DNA of 64,000 bases from the human T2T-CHM13v2.0 reference genome, Homo sapiens: the NCBI RefSeq assembly GCF_009914755.1, contig NC_060930.1. One strand, given 5' to 3'. Positions within the stretch are counted from its first letter, which is position 1; each line of letters opens with the position of its first letter. The notes under the pieces were generated by a model. The model ran no database searches, was not told the origin of the DNA, and was given only the letters and a program-made list of their open reading frames with translations. Both the position numbers and the translations under genes were made by a program. Of the stretch, positions 36,642 through 55,629 are shown one piece after another.

Positions 36642-38902
36642 ATATCAGGGAAGCTTTGTTTATCCTTAGTGGGTGGCCTGGAACACAGGTGATTTCAGGG
36701 CCTTCAGCGGGAAAGCAGGGCTCTACTAAGAGCAGATCTTCTCATTGATGGCGCAGGGCAAGGTGCAGTGGCTACTCATTCTCTGCAAAGAAGGAGGAAA
36801 AAAGGGAAGAAGGAGAAAGTCACAAAGGGAAAACTCACGCTGCCAAAATGTGAAGTTTAGGGTATTCCAGGACAGAAAAAGACACGTCCCAGCAAAGAAG
36901 ACCTATCTAGACCTGCCCAGCTAAAGTGTCACTGATTTTTAAAAAATAATTAAATAATTAAAAATGATTAAATGATTGTGTGTGTATTGCATGTGTGTGT
37001 GTGTGTGTTTATAAAAGTGGGATGGCATTATCACTTGTTCCTTGTAGCTGAGACTCTCTGGGGGTTGTGAGATGGTCCAGATTTCTGGAAGGCACAAAAG
37101 GGATTCTGAATTAATATCTGATGAATGAATCCACTCATTTATTTGTATTTGTTATGTGAATGAATGTTACAGGAATCACCTGGTGTGGAGAAAACAGATG
37201 GCAAGACTATGTGCTAGGGTAAAGCAAGAGCTCACGTGTTTTTGTTTTTGGTTTTTTAATTTAGAAAAAAAATCTGCTTTTCATATCTGGTTTTCCTATT
37301 TAAAGCTATGTGATTTAAGGAAAATGGTTTAACTCCTCTGAGCTTTAGTGTCATCTACAAAATTTGGATAATGATACTGAGGGAAGCTGAAAAGCCATAT
37401 CAACCCACTTATACAAAAAATAATAAACATTCACTTCCATTTCTAATGCATGGTGCTGAAAAAGTCCTTGTATGTGGAATATTGTTCACCTTTAAGGAAC
37501 CTGCTCTCAAGAGCTGATGCGGGACTTTTTTTAGGGCAGTTCTGTTGTCTCTGGCTGTTTTGTTCATTTAATTGGCACCTACAAGTCTCTTTGAACATTA
37601 AAATAAAATAAAGATTGTGGAGGAATAGAATACAAACACATAGTAAGGTGAGATTTGCATAACAGAGTATAGTAAACGATTTGTGCCTGATTCTTTTTGC
37701 ATTCTCTTTGAATCATTTTTAGCCTTTATTCTAAGTCCCCAATTATTGTCATCCTTTTCCCAACAAGATTGTTTCTCTCCGCCACGGACATTCTGGTCAG
37801 GGTCTCTGCTTAACCATCTTGACCTCCTGAACACTCTGTTTGTCCTGATAACCTGATTTATGCTCAAATGATGCTCTTCCATAGGACGGCTTCCTGCTTT
37901 GCCCAAAGAGCATTCGATTTTTCAAGCTGTTTAGGGCTCTTTCCTCACCCAGGGTCTATTTGAAACCTTAGACGGAAGGCTATTCTTTCCAGGAAGAGAA
38001 CCCTGCTGGGTTGTAACCTCAATCTGTAAATCCACTGGGGTAACTGGGGTTAGCTCAGTTACTCCAGAGCTTGCTCTCTGAGAACTGGATGGTGCTGCTA
38101 CTTCCCATAAAGGCTGAATAAAAAGAGGCATCTGCAGGCAGGAGAAAGCGCTATGGTCATTGCTGGAAGATTCCTTCTGACCATTGGCTATCTCTCTGAC
38201 CTGGTGTGAGAAGGGTGACAAAAATCGGAGACTTGAAAACAGGCCAAAAAAAAAAAAAATGGATTCAAAAGAATTTTAAAAGAATCATGCACAAGTTCTT
38301 AATTAGATTCTTTTATCCAAATCCATTTTGTCTGGAAAATAATACCTTACTACGTATCTGTATTCTATTCCTCCATAATCTATTTTATTTTATTTTAATG
38401 TTCACAAGAAGCTGGATGCTAGCTACCAAATGAGCAAATCAGCCACGATAACAGAACTGCACTAAAATCTCTCATCAGATATTGATACAGTCAAGACCCT
38501 CATGAGTGCCTGATACAAATTCAGTGTGAGAGGCCAGCTTTCCGCAAGGAGAAGGCAACCAAAGCGGTAGCTAATACTGAGCAGTTCCTATTGCCCAGAT
38601 CCATTTCTAGGTGCTGAGATCCAGCCAGAGAATCCCACAGTCCTCATTTTTCATATGAAGAAACATGTGAGTGATTCACCACCCCAATCCTCATGTATCA
38701 TCAGTTTTCAAACAAAGCCAAGTAGCCTTCTGTGCAAAAAGCTCTCCTAACCCCCAGTTGCCTTGATAGGTAAAAGTATTCTTATGACAGTGCTAGAAAA
38801 ACACGGGCACAAGTGTTCCGGCAAGATGACTAGAAGGCAAGGCTAAAGTTGTCAAGGTGACAAAGTCCCTGATTGTCCTCTTGAAAGCTGAACGTGCCAC
38901 CT

Positions 38903-39953
38903 CATGTGTATATGTGTATGTGTGGATGCATATGTGTATGTTGTGTGTACACACCTACACATATATCTACAAATGCATGTGTGTATGCATGCATGTGTGT
39001 ACACGTGCATGCACACATGTATCTGTATACATGTATTATGTACACAGTATGCATGTGTACATGTATGTGTCTGTGCATGTGTAGATGTATACATGCATGT
39101 ACACATGCATCTACATATGCATGTGTATGCCTAAATGTGTGTACAAGTGCGTGCATATGTGCACTATACATGTGTACATGTGTTTGTACACGTGTATCTG
39201 CACATGCATACGTACATACATACATGCATGTACATGTGAACACACACGTGTATGTATACATGTATGTACACCTGTGTGCACATGCATCTACATATGTGTA
39301 TAACTATATGTATGTGTGTGTACCCATGTGTACATGCATCTGCGGGTATGCATTTGTGTACACATATGTCTGCACATGCATGCCTGCAGGCATGGATGCA
39401 TGTGTGTGTGTGCATGCATGTGTATCCAGGTATGTGTGTACACAGAATGTTTGTATGTTTGTGTTTTGTGTGTAGGTATTCGTGTATGCATAAATGTGCA
39501 CATGCATGTTTGCATGCATTTGTTTACACGTGTACATGTGTGTATGCATGTGTGTATACACGTGTATACACATGTACGTTTGTGTGCACGTGTATGCACA
39601 TGTATGCACGTGTACATGTATACATTGTGCTCATGTGTGCCTACATGTATGTATATATTGTACATGCATTATGTGTGTATGCACATATGTGCACGTGTGT
39701 GCATGTATGTACATGCATGTATGCACACGTTATTTATGTGTGTGCATGCATGTATTTGCATACGTGTGTACACATGTGTGCACACATGCGTGTAGGCATG
39801 TATGTGGATGTGCACACGTATGTATGGACACGTGTATTCTTGCATGCACGTGTACATGTATGTGTGCACACAGGCATGTGTAGGGATGTATGTTGTATAC
39901 GTGTATGTGTGTATACATGTATGTATGTACACAAAATCTGTTTGTATGTACAC
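38903..39953. repeat. Complex alternating purine-pyrimidine simple repeat (TG/CA/TA/CG mosaic)
   Basis: ~1.05 kb of catgtgtatgcacacgtgtaca-type sequence. It produces the stack of spurious C/V/H/T/M-rich ORFs. Confidence 0.97.
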
Positions 39954-39960
39954 CTAGATC

Positions 39961-40315
39961 TGTATTAGTCAGGGTTCTCTAGAAGGACAGAACTAACAGG
40001 ATAGATGTGTATATGAAGCAGAGCTCATTAAGAAGTATTGACTCACACAATCGGAAGTTGAAGTCCCACAATAGGCTGTCTGCAAGCTGAAGAGCAGGGA
40101 AGCCAGTCCGAGTCCCAAAACCTCAAAAGTAGGGAAGCTGACAGTGCAGCCTTTAGTCTGTGGCCAAAGGCTCAAGAGCCCCTGGCAAACCACTGGTGTC
40201 AAGAGTCCAAAAGCCGAAGAACTTGGAGTCCAATGTTTGAGGGCAGGGAGCATCCAGCATGGGAGAAAGATGGAGGCCAGAAGACTCAGCAAGTCTTCCT
40301 TTTCCAAACTCTTCT
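39961..40315 (-). mobile_element. MLT2A-family (ERVL) LTR, truncated
   Basis: Starts tgtattagtcagggttctctagaaggacagaacta, the reverse complement of the MLT2A 3' terminus. Internal gaagccagtccgagtcccaaaacctc. Confidence 0.85.
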
Positions 40316-40659
40316 GAGTGTATGTATGTATACATGCATGCATGTATACATGTATGTTTTCAATATTTATACACATGGAATCATTTACGATATTATTAGA
40401 TCTGGCTTCTTTGATATCAACTTTTCATTATGTTTTTAAATTCCATCTATGTTGTTGGATGACCACTTGCCTGATACTGTTCATTGCAATACAGACTTCC
40501 ACGTATGAACACATCACAGTTTGTATAACCATATTGCCATTGATAGCTATTACATTATATCTATCCTTCAGTTATTACAAATGATGCCACTCTAAACATT
40601 CCTGAATGTGTATCCTGGTACACATAAGCATGCATTTTCTATGCAAAAATGAGTGGAAT

Positions 40660-41631
40660 TGAAACCATCTTTGCAAAAATTATGAGTGAGAAAAATCTAA
40701 CATAGCTGACTATCTTGCTTCTAACTTCACAAACTGTCCTTGTTCATTCCTGGGCATAGGCCAAGCTAACTATGGAGGAATTCATAGTTTAATTTTAAAA
40801 CAAAGATGATAATAGCTGCTTCCCAAAAGTAACCCCTCCCTGCTAAGGGACTGAAACTACCTTTGTAAAACCAACAAATTAGGCATAAGGTTAAAATTAT
40901 GGTTCAGGAATAATGTAGCTGGAAGTCACAAGATTGTAGCCTCCTCAGTTGCTCCTATAGATAACATCACTACTGTAAAGCCTAAGATTGGTGCTTGATG
41001 TATTTTTTAGACCCTGTATTTTGATGGACCAGCTGATGTCACCTGGACAGGTAACCCATTAAGAAACAAACAAACAAACAAACAAAAAGCCGCCAGCCTG
41101 ACCAACATGGGGAAACCCCATCTCTACTAAAAACATAAAAATTAGCCAGGCATGGTGGTGCGCGTCTGTAATCCCAGCTACTCAGGAGGCTGAGGCAGGA
41201 GAATCGCTTGAACCCAGGAGGTGGAGGTTGCAGTGAGCCGAGATCACACCATTGCCTGGGTGACAGAGTGAGACTCCGTCTCAAAAAAACAAAAAAACAA
41301 AAAGCAAACAACAAAAAAAACTGGCTCAGCTGGTCTCATGAACCCCTGATCCAGGAACTGACTCAGTGCAAGAAGACAGCTTTGACCCTTTATGATTTCA
41401 TCCCTTACCCAACAAATTAGCATTCCCCAGTCCCTACCCGCTGTCCACCAAACTATCCTTGAAAAACTCTGGCCTCCAAATTCTCAGGGAGGTGGATTTG
41501 AGCATTATCTTTCATCCTTCCACTTGGCTGGCCCTGCAATTATTAAACTCTTTCTTTGCTGCAAAACCTGCTGTTCTCACTGCATTGGCTTTTCTGCGTG
41601 GCAGACAAGAAGAACCTATCAAGTGATTACA
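40660..41631 (+). mobile_element. LTR8-family (ERV1) solo LTR with internal Alu
   Basis: TGAAACCATCTTTGCAAAAATTATG...TTACA with TG..CA ends and a 4-bp TSD (GAAT). It splits an old L1 motif gagtggaattgctgg. Confidence 0.8.
41090..41320 (+). mobile_element. 5'-truncated AluS inside the LTR
   Basis: ccagcctgaccaacatgg...gagactccgtctc plus A-rich tail. Confidence 0.9.
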
Positions 41632-41886
41632 GAATTGCTGGTAAGAAAAGTGTATCTTCAACTAGATACTGCCACACTCTTTTCCAAATTTACTGCATTC
41701 ACTTGCACTTGCAGTAGCTGTATATTAGTGTTTTTCTTGCTCTACTTAGTTGAAGTCACTGTAATGTTTCTCATTGTGATTACTATGCATGTTCTCGAAC
41801 CATATCCCTGTTTATTTCATTTTAATCTATTGATTGTATTTAAATGTATACTCTGTACTGTAGCCTCTGAAGTTATCTTAAAAACA

Positions 41887-41926
<40 letters not shown>

Positions 41927-42007
41927 TGGTGCCACTGTTTACAACCCTTCAAGCACTTCCTAATGTTGTCTTAAAAGTCAAAGCTTCTTAGACTTTCATG
42001 TTTGGTC

Positions 42008-42378
42008 TGATATGGTTTGGCTGTGTCCCCACCCAAATCTCATCTTGAACTGTAGTTCTGACAACCCCCATGTCTCAGGAGGGACCCTGTGGGAGGTAAT
42101 TTAATCATGGGGGTCAGTTACCCTCATGCTGTTCTCATGATAATGAGTTCTCACTAAATCTGATGGTTTTATAAGGGGCTTTTTCTCCTTTTGCTTGGCA
42201 CTTCTCCTTGCTGCCACCATGTGAAGAAGGGCATGGTTGCTTCCCCTTCTGCCATGATTCTAACTTTCCTGAGGCCTCCCTAGCCATCCTGAACTGTGAG
42301 TCAATTAAACCTCTTTCCTTTATAAGTTACCCAGTCTCAGATATGTCTTTATTAACAGCATGAGAATAGACTTACACA
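42008..42378 (+). mobile_element. THE1-family (MaLR) solo LTR
   Basis: TGATATGGTTTGGCTGTGTCCCCACCCAAATCTCATCTTGAA start and ...gagaatagacttacaca end. GGTC on both flanks. Confidence 0.9.
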
Positions 42379-42796
42379 GGTCCAATGCTTAACTCTCAAA
42401 TTTTATATCCCTCTCCTCCTACATTTGAACTCATACTAAACTATTTTTAACTTCCCCCTAAAAATGAAATTTGTATGTCTCAGTTTAATCACAGTCCTGT
42501 GAATTAATGACTCCAATCCTCTCTTCCCTTAACTTTCACAAAGATAACTACTACACATTCTTCAAAAACCTATTTATGACATCCATTGTCTATAAAGCTT
42601 TCCCCAGCCTGAAGCCTATGTTAGATTTCCTTACTGTGAGGTCCATGCAACTGTCCATAGTGTTTTCCAGGCTGTATTGCCATGTTTCCATATGGAAATT
42701 CCTTCCTGGCATTTCTTGGGAAATTTATAATTTTCCAAATCGTGACAAAAATCAGTCAAGAAAGAAGGAAAATGGGGAAAGTATAATTAAAATTCT

Positions 42797-43040
42797 GCAT
42801 AGGCAGAATAATGCCCCCCTCCAAGATATTCATATTTTAATCCTCAGAACCTGTGAATCTATTACTTTGCATGGGAACAATGACTTTGCAAATGTGATTA
42901 AAGTTAGGAGTTTGAGCTAGAGAGATTAGCCTGGATTATCCAGGTGAGCCTAATTTAATCACATGAATCCTTAAAAGTAAACAACCTCTCTCTGCTGTTT
43001 CAGAGAGCAATTAAATGACAGAGGATTAGAACGAAGTGAC
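42797..43040 (+). mobile_element. MLT1-family LTR fragment
   Basis: aggcagaataatgccccc...cagaacctgtgaat...gactttgcaaatgtgattaaagttagg. Confidence 0.7.
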
Positions 43041-43059
43041 ATGAGAAGGAACTGATTAT

Positions 43060-45394
<2,335 letters not shown>

Positions 45395-45720
45395 AAGACA
45401 TTATGCTAAGTGAAATAAGCCAGGCACAGAAAGACAAATACCATATGTTCTCACTTTTATGTGGACTTTATAATAGTTGAATTCTAGAAGTAGAGAACAG
45501 AATAGTTACCAGAGATTTAGGAGTGAGAGGAATGAAGAGATATTGTTGAAAGAGTGCAAAGTTTCTGTGAGACAGGAGAAATAAATGGTAATTATTAGAG
45601 GCGATGGGTATGAACTTGATTTAGTCATATCAAATTGGATGCATACATTAAAGCATAACTCTATACGCCATAAATGTAAGTGATTATAATCTGTCAATAT
45701 TCAATATTATATACACATAT
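45395..45720 (+). mobile_element. L1M 3' end fragment
   Basis: gacattatgctaagtgaaataagccaggcacagaaagacaaatacc. Confidence 0.75.
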
Positions 45721-47574
45721 ATGTAATTATATAAAGATACCTATAATATATAGAAAATGCATCTACTGAGACTGAATGAACCTTTATTTAAACTGGAAGC
45801 TGTAAAATTGATCAATATAAATATATATAATGTTATATAAAGGTTATAGTGGGCCTATTGGGTCTTCTAATAACAACCTCTATATTTCTCCCCACTAAAT
45901 AATGAGTATTAATCAGAGTGCCTAATGGAATAATTTTAGTCCAATCAATTATTTTCTTCAGCATCTAATTTTCTCATATTCCATAATGTCTTGTTTTCAT
46001 GCATAACATTTTTTTCCTTCATGACCATTATGCTAAATTTTAGTTATTTTATGTGCACTTGTTCCAAGCACATTTTCTTAAATATCTGTTCCTTATCTAT
46101 TGATTTCTATGGAAATTTTTATTTTCCTCCAAAATGGCATCTGGGAGTTCATATGATTGGACTATTTTTATCCTTATTGCTGTTTGTCTTCATTTGTCTT
46201 TTTCTCTGATCACTATTATACACACACACACACACACACACACATACATATATAAATATATATGTGCATATATATTTCCCAGTATTTAATACATTTAATA
46301 TCCCTTAGTGGATAGGGATGACAACTTACAAATTTAAATACTTTTTTTTATAAAAGAGTCATTTTTTTCTATTGAATTTAAGCTAAAACGTGATCCCTCA
46401 GTTCTGTAGGCCATTGCACTTTCAATATAGCATTATTAAATCCAAATCATTACATAGCAATAAGCAAATAACTACACCCATAAGAAGAATGCCCATATAA
46501 TTGAGCAAAAGAACACTTTGCCCTGGAGCCTGTGCTTTCAAGGGCTCCACTATGGTCCTCTCTCTGGCCACATTCCTCCCCAAAGTACAAGGAGTTTACC
46601 TGGTCCAAGGGGATGAGGTTAGTTGGAGGTGATGCTGCTCACCCCCACCTACCACCTTTTAGATCATGCTGTAGAACATAAAGACTTAGAATTCTGTCTT
46701 CAAAGGGTTTTGAGACTGCTTCCAGCCTCCATGTTCCTCTCCACCAGTTCTGTCTTTCATGGTGAACCACGTATACAGAGTGCACAACTAGAGGCCCTGT
46801 GGGCCAATGGGAAGCTTTTTGCTAGAGCTACAGTGGTAGACTGAGTTTCAACATATCAACAGAGGTACCCAAAACGTATACACAGAAGGCCTCTCATGGT
46901 ATGAGACCAGGTCAGGGCACCGGCTCTCTCTATGTCGTCATATTCTATGCTGGATGTTGACGGCCCAAGAATTCTAGTTCCAAACCTGAATTTCATTGAG
47001 AAGGTATATGTGTCAAAGTGAGAGAACACAGCATACTTTATTTAACAGTTTGTTAACTTGATTTATAACTTTTAAATATGCAAACATACACTATATAGGT
47101 TTTGATTATTATTCTTGCCCTAGGCCTTAAGAATGTTAAGTTTAAGACAACTGAATATTTTATTAGATATAAGAATGCAACCACATATACTCAAAAACAT
47201 AAATGTCAAACTAGTAGTCCCTACTTCTAAAATATAATGAAATATTCCATTTAACATTATATTTAGAGTGGATCCCTTATGGAATCATGACATCTTTGCT
47301 GATTTAGTTACAGTTGAACTAAGTATTTTGCCTGAAATCAACACTTTATTTTTCAAAACTCCCAAGATATAGTGTGTGACAGATATGTCTTCCACTTATT
47401 TTTTTAACCTAGGCTTTATTAATAAGACAAATTATTAGTCACAAATAAAACCTTAAAAATACAGTTCAGCCTTATTTACAACTATTTAGTTACCTAAAAT
47501 ATCCTACATTATACACACACAGGCGCACACACACATATTTCTAATAGAAACTATAAGAAGCAGCCTCGACAAAT

Positions 47575-48025
47575 CAAGAGGACATTATGTTACGTAAAAT
47601 AAGGTAAGAACAGAAAGTTAAACACTGCATGTTCTCACTCATATGTGGAAACTAAAAAAAAGTTGATCTCAGAGGAGGAAAAAGTAGAATGGAATATACT
47701 AGAGACAGGGAAGGGTGGGATGAGAGAAGGATAAAGAAAGATTTGTCAAGGGATACAAAATTAAAGTTAGAGACAAATAAGTTCTAGTGTTCTATAGCAT
47801 TGTGGGATGACCGTAGTTGACAATAATATATAGTTTCAAATTGCTAGAAGGGGTAAACTGAATGTTCCCATCACAAAGAAATAATAAATTTTGACATGAT
47901 GGATATGTGAATTACACGAATCTGTTAACTATTCATTGTATGTATCGAAATATCACTACATACCCCATAAATATGTACAATTATCACGTCAATTTAAAAA
48001 ATATAATAATTAAGAAAAAATACAA
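47575..48025 (+). mobile_element. L1MA-like 3' end fragment
   Basis: actgcatgttctcactcatatgtggaaactaaaaaaagttgatctc...cccataaatatgtacaattat plus A-rich tail. Confidence 0.8.
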
Positions 48026-48190
48026 AACATTAAATAACGGTGATAGTAGATTTGCCCTCTCAAATATTAAAACATTTGATAAATTTACATAGTTAAAATA
48101 GAGGGTAAATATAGAAAAATAATAAAAATTGTGATGAAATCTTGGTGATAACTTGACAGTGCTACTTTGAATATTAAGAATAGTGTAGCT

Positions 48191-48565
<375 letters not shown>

Positions 48566-49332
48566 TTAAATAAGTGTATCCTCTCTAAATGATTTGAACT
48601 TGCTTATGGATAATCAAGGTCATAATGTTTGGGACATAAATGCCTGCATACTTATACCAAAATATATCAGCAGTTACAACTAAAATGATCTTACATATTA
48701 TTTGTCATATCAGGACTATTACTATTATTATAATTACTATTTTTATTATGCTGAAGGTATATGATAAATTTTGAGATGTGATTGATGGATGCTTAGGTTT
48801 GAAGAAGCAAAATTAGAGAAAGAGCTTAAAGGTGTCTCTGATATCTTCCTTTCTCCCTGGATATGGGCTCTGTAACTACTACATTCAAATATAATCTGGA
48901 ATATCTAAGGTGCTTTCTTCACAATCTTCCACAAGGGACTGAGAATCATAACGAGACACATTAATGAAGCCTAGTTATCATCTGATAATACTGTCATTAA
49001 CATTTATTATCACATAATTAGATTGTGCATTAGCCATTTCTCAGAGCCACTTTAAAAGAAAAAAAAAATACGAGGACATATATGAGAACAAACACTGTAA
49101 GGAGTGCCTGTATAGTGATAATGTTTCAGAGTGAATGAGACATTTTATCACCTGGCATATTAACAGTGTGAAAGGACAGGGATCATATCAACCTCTCCCC
49201 TTCTTCTCTCTATCCTTTACATATTAGTTACTTGTTAAATCTTCTACCTTCTCAAACTGGAGCAATTATCTTAGCAATGACAGTTTTAGTGATGGGAGCA
49301 AATCATAATAGCTGTGGGTAATTGTTAGAAAG

Positions 49333-49849
49333 AAATGACTATAAATCATGCTGCTATAAAGACACATGCACACGTATGTTTATTGCGGCATTATTCACAA
49401 TAGCAAAGACTTGGAACCAACCCACATGTCCAACAGTGATAGACTGGATTAAGAAAATGTGGCACATATACACCATGGAATACTATGCAGCCATAAAAAA
49501 TGATGAGTTCATGTCCTTTGTAAGGACATGGATGAAATTGGAAATCATCATTCTCAGTAAACTATCGCAAGAACAAAAAACCAAACACCGCATATTCTCA
49601 CTCATAGGTGGGAACTGAACAATGAGATCACATGGACACAGGAAGGGGAATATCACACTCTGGGGACTGTGGTGGGGTGGGAGGAGGGGGGAGGGATAGC
49701 ATTGGGAGATATACCTAATGCTAGATGACGAGTTAGTGGGTGCAGCGCACCAGCATGGCACATGTATACATATGTAACTAACCTGCACAATGTGCACATG
49801 TACCCTAAAACTTAAAGTATAATACAAAAATACAAAAAAAAAAAAAAAA
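49333..49849 (+). mobile_element. Young L1 (L1PA2-like) 5'-truncated 3' end
   Basis: Near-consensus ORF2 C-terminus (DYKSCCYKDTCTRMFIAALFTIAKTWNQP) and 3' UTR with gagatcacatggacac and gatgacGAG (not the L1HS-Ta ACA). Poly(A) tail. Confidence 0.92.
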
Positions 49850-51136
49850 CACAGCTCTGAACTTTATAGGTCATGATATCTCTGTAGCTTGTGGGTTTAG
49901 CTGCATTTTGAAAAAGATAACTGTGTCTCCCTTAGCATCTTCCTTTTTCCTATTTTTTCTTGTAAGTTTACAAAGGTCAGATGCCAGTATGATCTAGAAT
50001 AAGAGGTTTTGTGGCTGACTTTGAAAGGTTACTTTAGAGAAAAATCTCATGAAGCAGCAGTACTCCAAAGTGCTGCGGGGAATGTGGCTAAAATCTTGTT
50101 ACATCCTAATGGAGCTTCTAACACATCAGACATATAGAGCATCAGATTCCAGAATGTGTCTGAGGGATTTAGTCTCTAGTTACTAAAAGGAAACGAAGAG
50201 GCATCTCAAGGTTAGAGTTACACTGACGAGGTCATGTTCATGGGACATCAAAGCAACGTGGAAATCAATTCTATCATCATAGCAAAGCCTGAAGTGCCTG
50301 TTTAATGATTAATTAGAATAATAATTGAAATGCAACATAATTATGATAAAGAAGGAAATGCCAGAGGCTTCTTTTCTCTATGGACTACAATACCATAGTG
50401 AATTGGGCCTTTCAAAATCCAGAAACTTTTTATTGGCTGTTTGTTTCACGAAAGCAGAAATACTCCAGGATGTGTTTTCAGTAATTAAGGTAATCTTTAT
50501 AATACATATTTTACTTTAGCCCAGCTGACTATCCAAATGAGTGAGTGTTTGGTGACTAATGTAAATATCTGTATGAACCAATTCCAGATATTTTAGCTGT
50601 GAATGACTCCATGATAATTATAATAGAAGCAAAATGAGTGTTCCTCATTTTAATGTGACCTAATAACACCATATCATTTAAGACAATATTTATTTTTTAG
50701 TATAATATGAACTGGTCCTAATTCTGAGGTATGCTCATACCTTAGAGTATCAACACTAGAGAGTTATTACAATTAATGACTGGCTTTCTATTGTGTTACA
50801 GCCAGTTAAATTTTTTTTTTCAAAATTCTCTTCTGCAAGTCATTTCTGAGGTCTTCTTGCAAACCATTTGCACAGTCATAACATCTATACAAGTATTTGC
50901 TTATTACCTTGGCCAGAAAAATCTCTTTTCAAGGCTGCTTCACAGGGTTTCTTGAGTATGCATGAGTCAACACACATGTTCATAGAGGAGAAGATTGTGC
51001 TGATTTGCTCTACACCAACGTTCTGTTAAAGGTGGAACCAAGTCACTTCTGTCACTGATCAGAGCACCGCTTATAACCAAATAAAATAAAAATAAAAAAT
51101 TTAAAATACTTAGCCTAGACCTGACTGCAATATCTA

Positions 51137-53720
<2,584 letters not shown>

Positions 53721-54400
53721 GTGACTTCCCCTAGTAACAAAGGTGATTACTTTCAGGGCCCAAAGGTCCAAGACAAATATCAGGATCCCTGAAAGTTTTC
53801 ATATGTTCAAGGTCTACTTAATCACAATCTATCAAAATTTTCTGGTTTTATTTTAACTTTAATGCCTTAGTTCACCACATTCTTCATTTCTACGTCCTGA
53901 TTCCAAAAGCTTCAACAGTCATGAAAATGTCGTCTTCCTTCAAATTCAAGGATTGTTACCACTCAAAAGTTAGACACAGCACACATATCCATTTATTTAT
54001 GTGTGAAGTCCTCTCTCCTATCTGCTGTGGATCATTCAATCTCCAGGTCTCCCAGAGAATATCACAGTATTTTTTCAAAGTCTGAAATAATTCATCACAA
54101 AATACAAAACACTGTATGTGGGCAACCAGCAGTCTAGTCTAACTCCATTTGAAAACTTCAAATGATTTTCTAAGTCTCTGAAAGACAATCCTCTTAAAAG
54201 TATACTAAAATTCATGTGTTCAGATATACAGTGACTTTATGACTTTTGTTTTCACATGCACACACATATGAGTGCTCTCATACAGGAATAAGTAAATTAA
54301 TTTACATTTGTATAAACATAGTACTGTTCTGCTGGTTTTCTATTAAGTAAAGGAAGACTCCTAATAGAATGGATGCTTTCTTTGCTAGAAAAAGAATTCA

Positions 54401-54805
54401 TGTGATATTGGCTGATTTGTGTTCCCCCCAATTCATATATTGAATCCCTAAATCTGAGTACCACAGAATGCAACCCATTTGGAGACAAGATATTTAAAGA
54501 AGGAATTAAGCAAAAATTAGGTCAATAAGATGAGTTCTAATCCAATATATCTGGTGTCCTTTTAAAAAGAGATTAAGACAGACAGAGACACCAGACAAAT
54601 GCACACACTAAGAGACAATCATGTGAACACACAGCAAGAAGGCAGCCATCTGCAAGCCAAGGAGAGGCCTCAGCAAAAACCAAACCCGCTGACACCTTGA
54701 TGTCAGATTTCCCAACTCCAGAACTGTGGGAAAATACATTGCTGTTGTTTAAGCCATCCAGTCTCTTGTATTTTGTTGTGGCAGCCCTGGTAAAATAATA
54801 TGTGG
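54401..54805 (+). mobile_element. MLT1A/B-like MaLR LTR
   Basis: gtgttccccccaattcatatattgaatcccta...gaaggcagccatctgcaagccaaggagaggcctca...ccagaactgtg. Confidence 0.8.
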
Positions 54806-55629
54806 TGCTTAATAGATTTTGAATTAAAATTATCTTAACAAGCATAGTAATACTAACGTGAACATTATTTTTTTTTCCACCTGGTACCTATTACCTTATG
54901 TACAGATAATAATATATATAACATATAAAATAATTACTCCATAAATTACAGAAAAATATCACTATCATTGACTCATGTACTTTAACATACGAGTGACTAT
55001 ATTGTAACTTTTTCTTATAGCTTAGATAGAAACTTGAAACCTAGAAAGGTTTGAGTATTTGTTTTTTTTTAATTTAAATTTAATTGACTTTCTGAAGTTC
55101 AAAGTGATGCTTTATATATGACATAATTAATCTCTCATTTGAATTCTATGATGTTGGCAGGGACAATTTTACTTTTCCCATCATGAATTTTTTTGGTGTG
55201 AATTTAAAATAAATAAAATCACCAAAAGAAAAACTGAGAAAAAATTACCTACACAGCTGAATCTTTGAGGTACACTAATCAATTTCATTTTATTTTATAG
55301 AGTGCCTTTTGTATTGAATAGTCACATTACATAATTTTTGAAAAAAATACTTTTTTTGAGCACTTCCTGTGTATAAAGTCTTATGCTAGTTACAACACAA
55401 GCATCATTGTTTTAAGCATCACAACACACGCATCATACCTGTGTCTTCCTAATTTACAGACAAAAGGTTCAGAAAATTAAATAATTTGCCTAAGATTGCA
55501 AAACTAGTAATCAACAAAACCAATGTTAGGGATTATTCAAATTCTAAACCAAGGCTTCTAAGTGTCACGCAATATTTTTAAGAAGGGTTAGCCTGAAGGA
55601 GGATTCCCAAATGATGAAGCTTAGACATA

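Larger units (their letters stand above)
32083..38903. repeat. Module repeat unit 7 (A - Ala - ~0.9 kb deletion - B - C - partial D)
   Basis: Colinear with 1-7865 except for the AluY and a deletion at ~37093. Confidence 0.92.

Noticed and set aside
38852-39968. Stack of long overlapping ORFs (up to 238 aa) on both strands
   Set aside because: Alternating RY sequence cannot contain TAA, TAG or TGA, so open frames are automatic. The products are low-complexity.
41392-41991. 199-aa ORF
   Set aside because: Spans an LTR end, an L1 remnant and a poly-T tract (poly-Phe).
46500-47140. Possible DNA-transposon (MER-type) remnant
   Set aside because: I could not identify terminal inverted repeats or a family by eye; needs a Dfam search.
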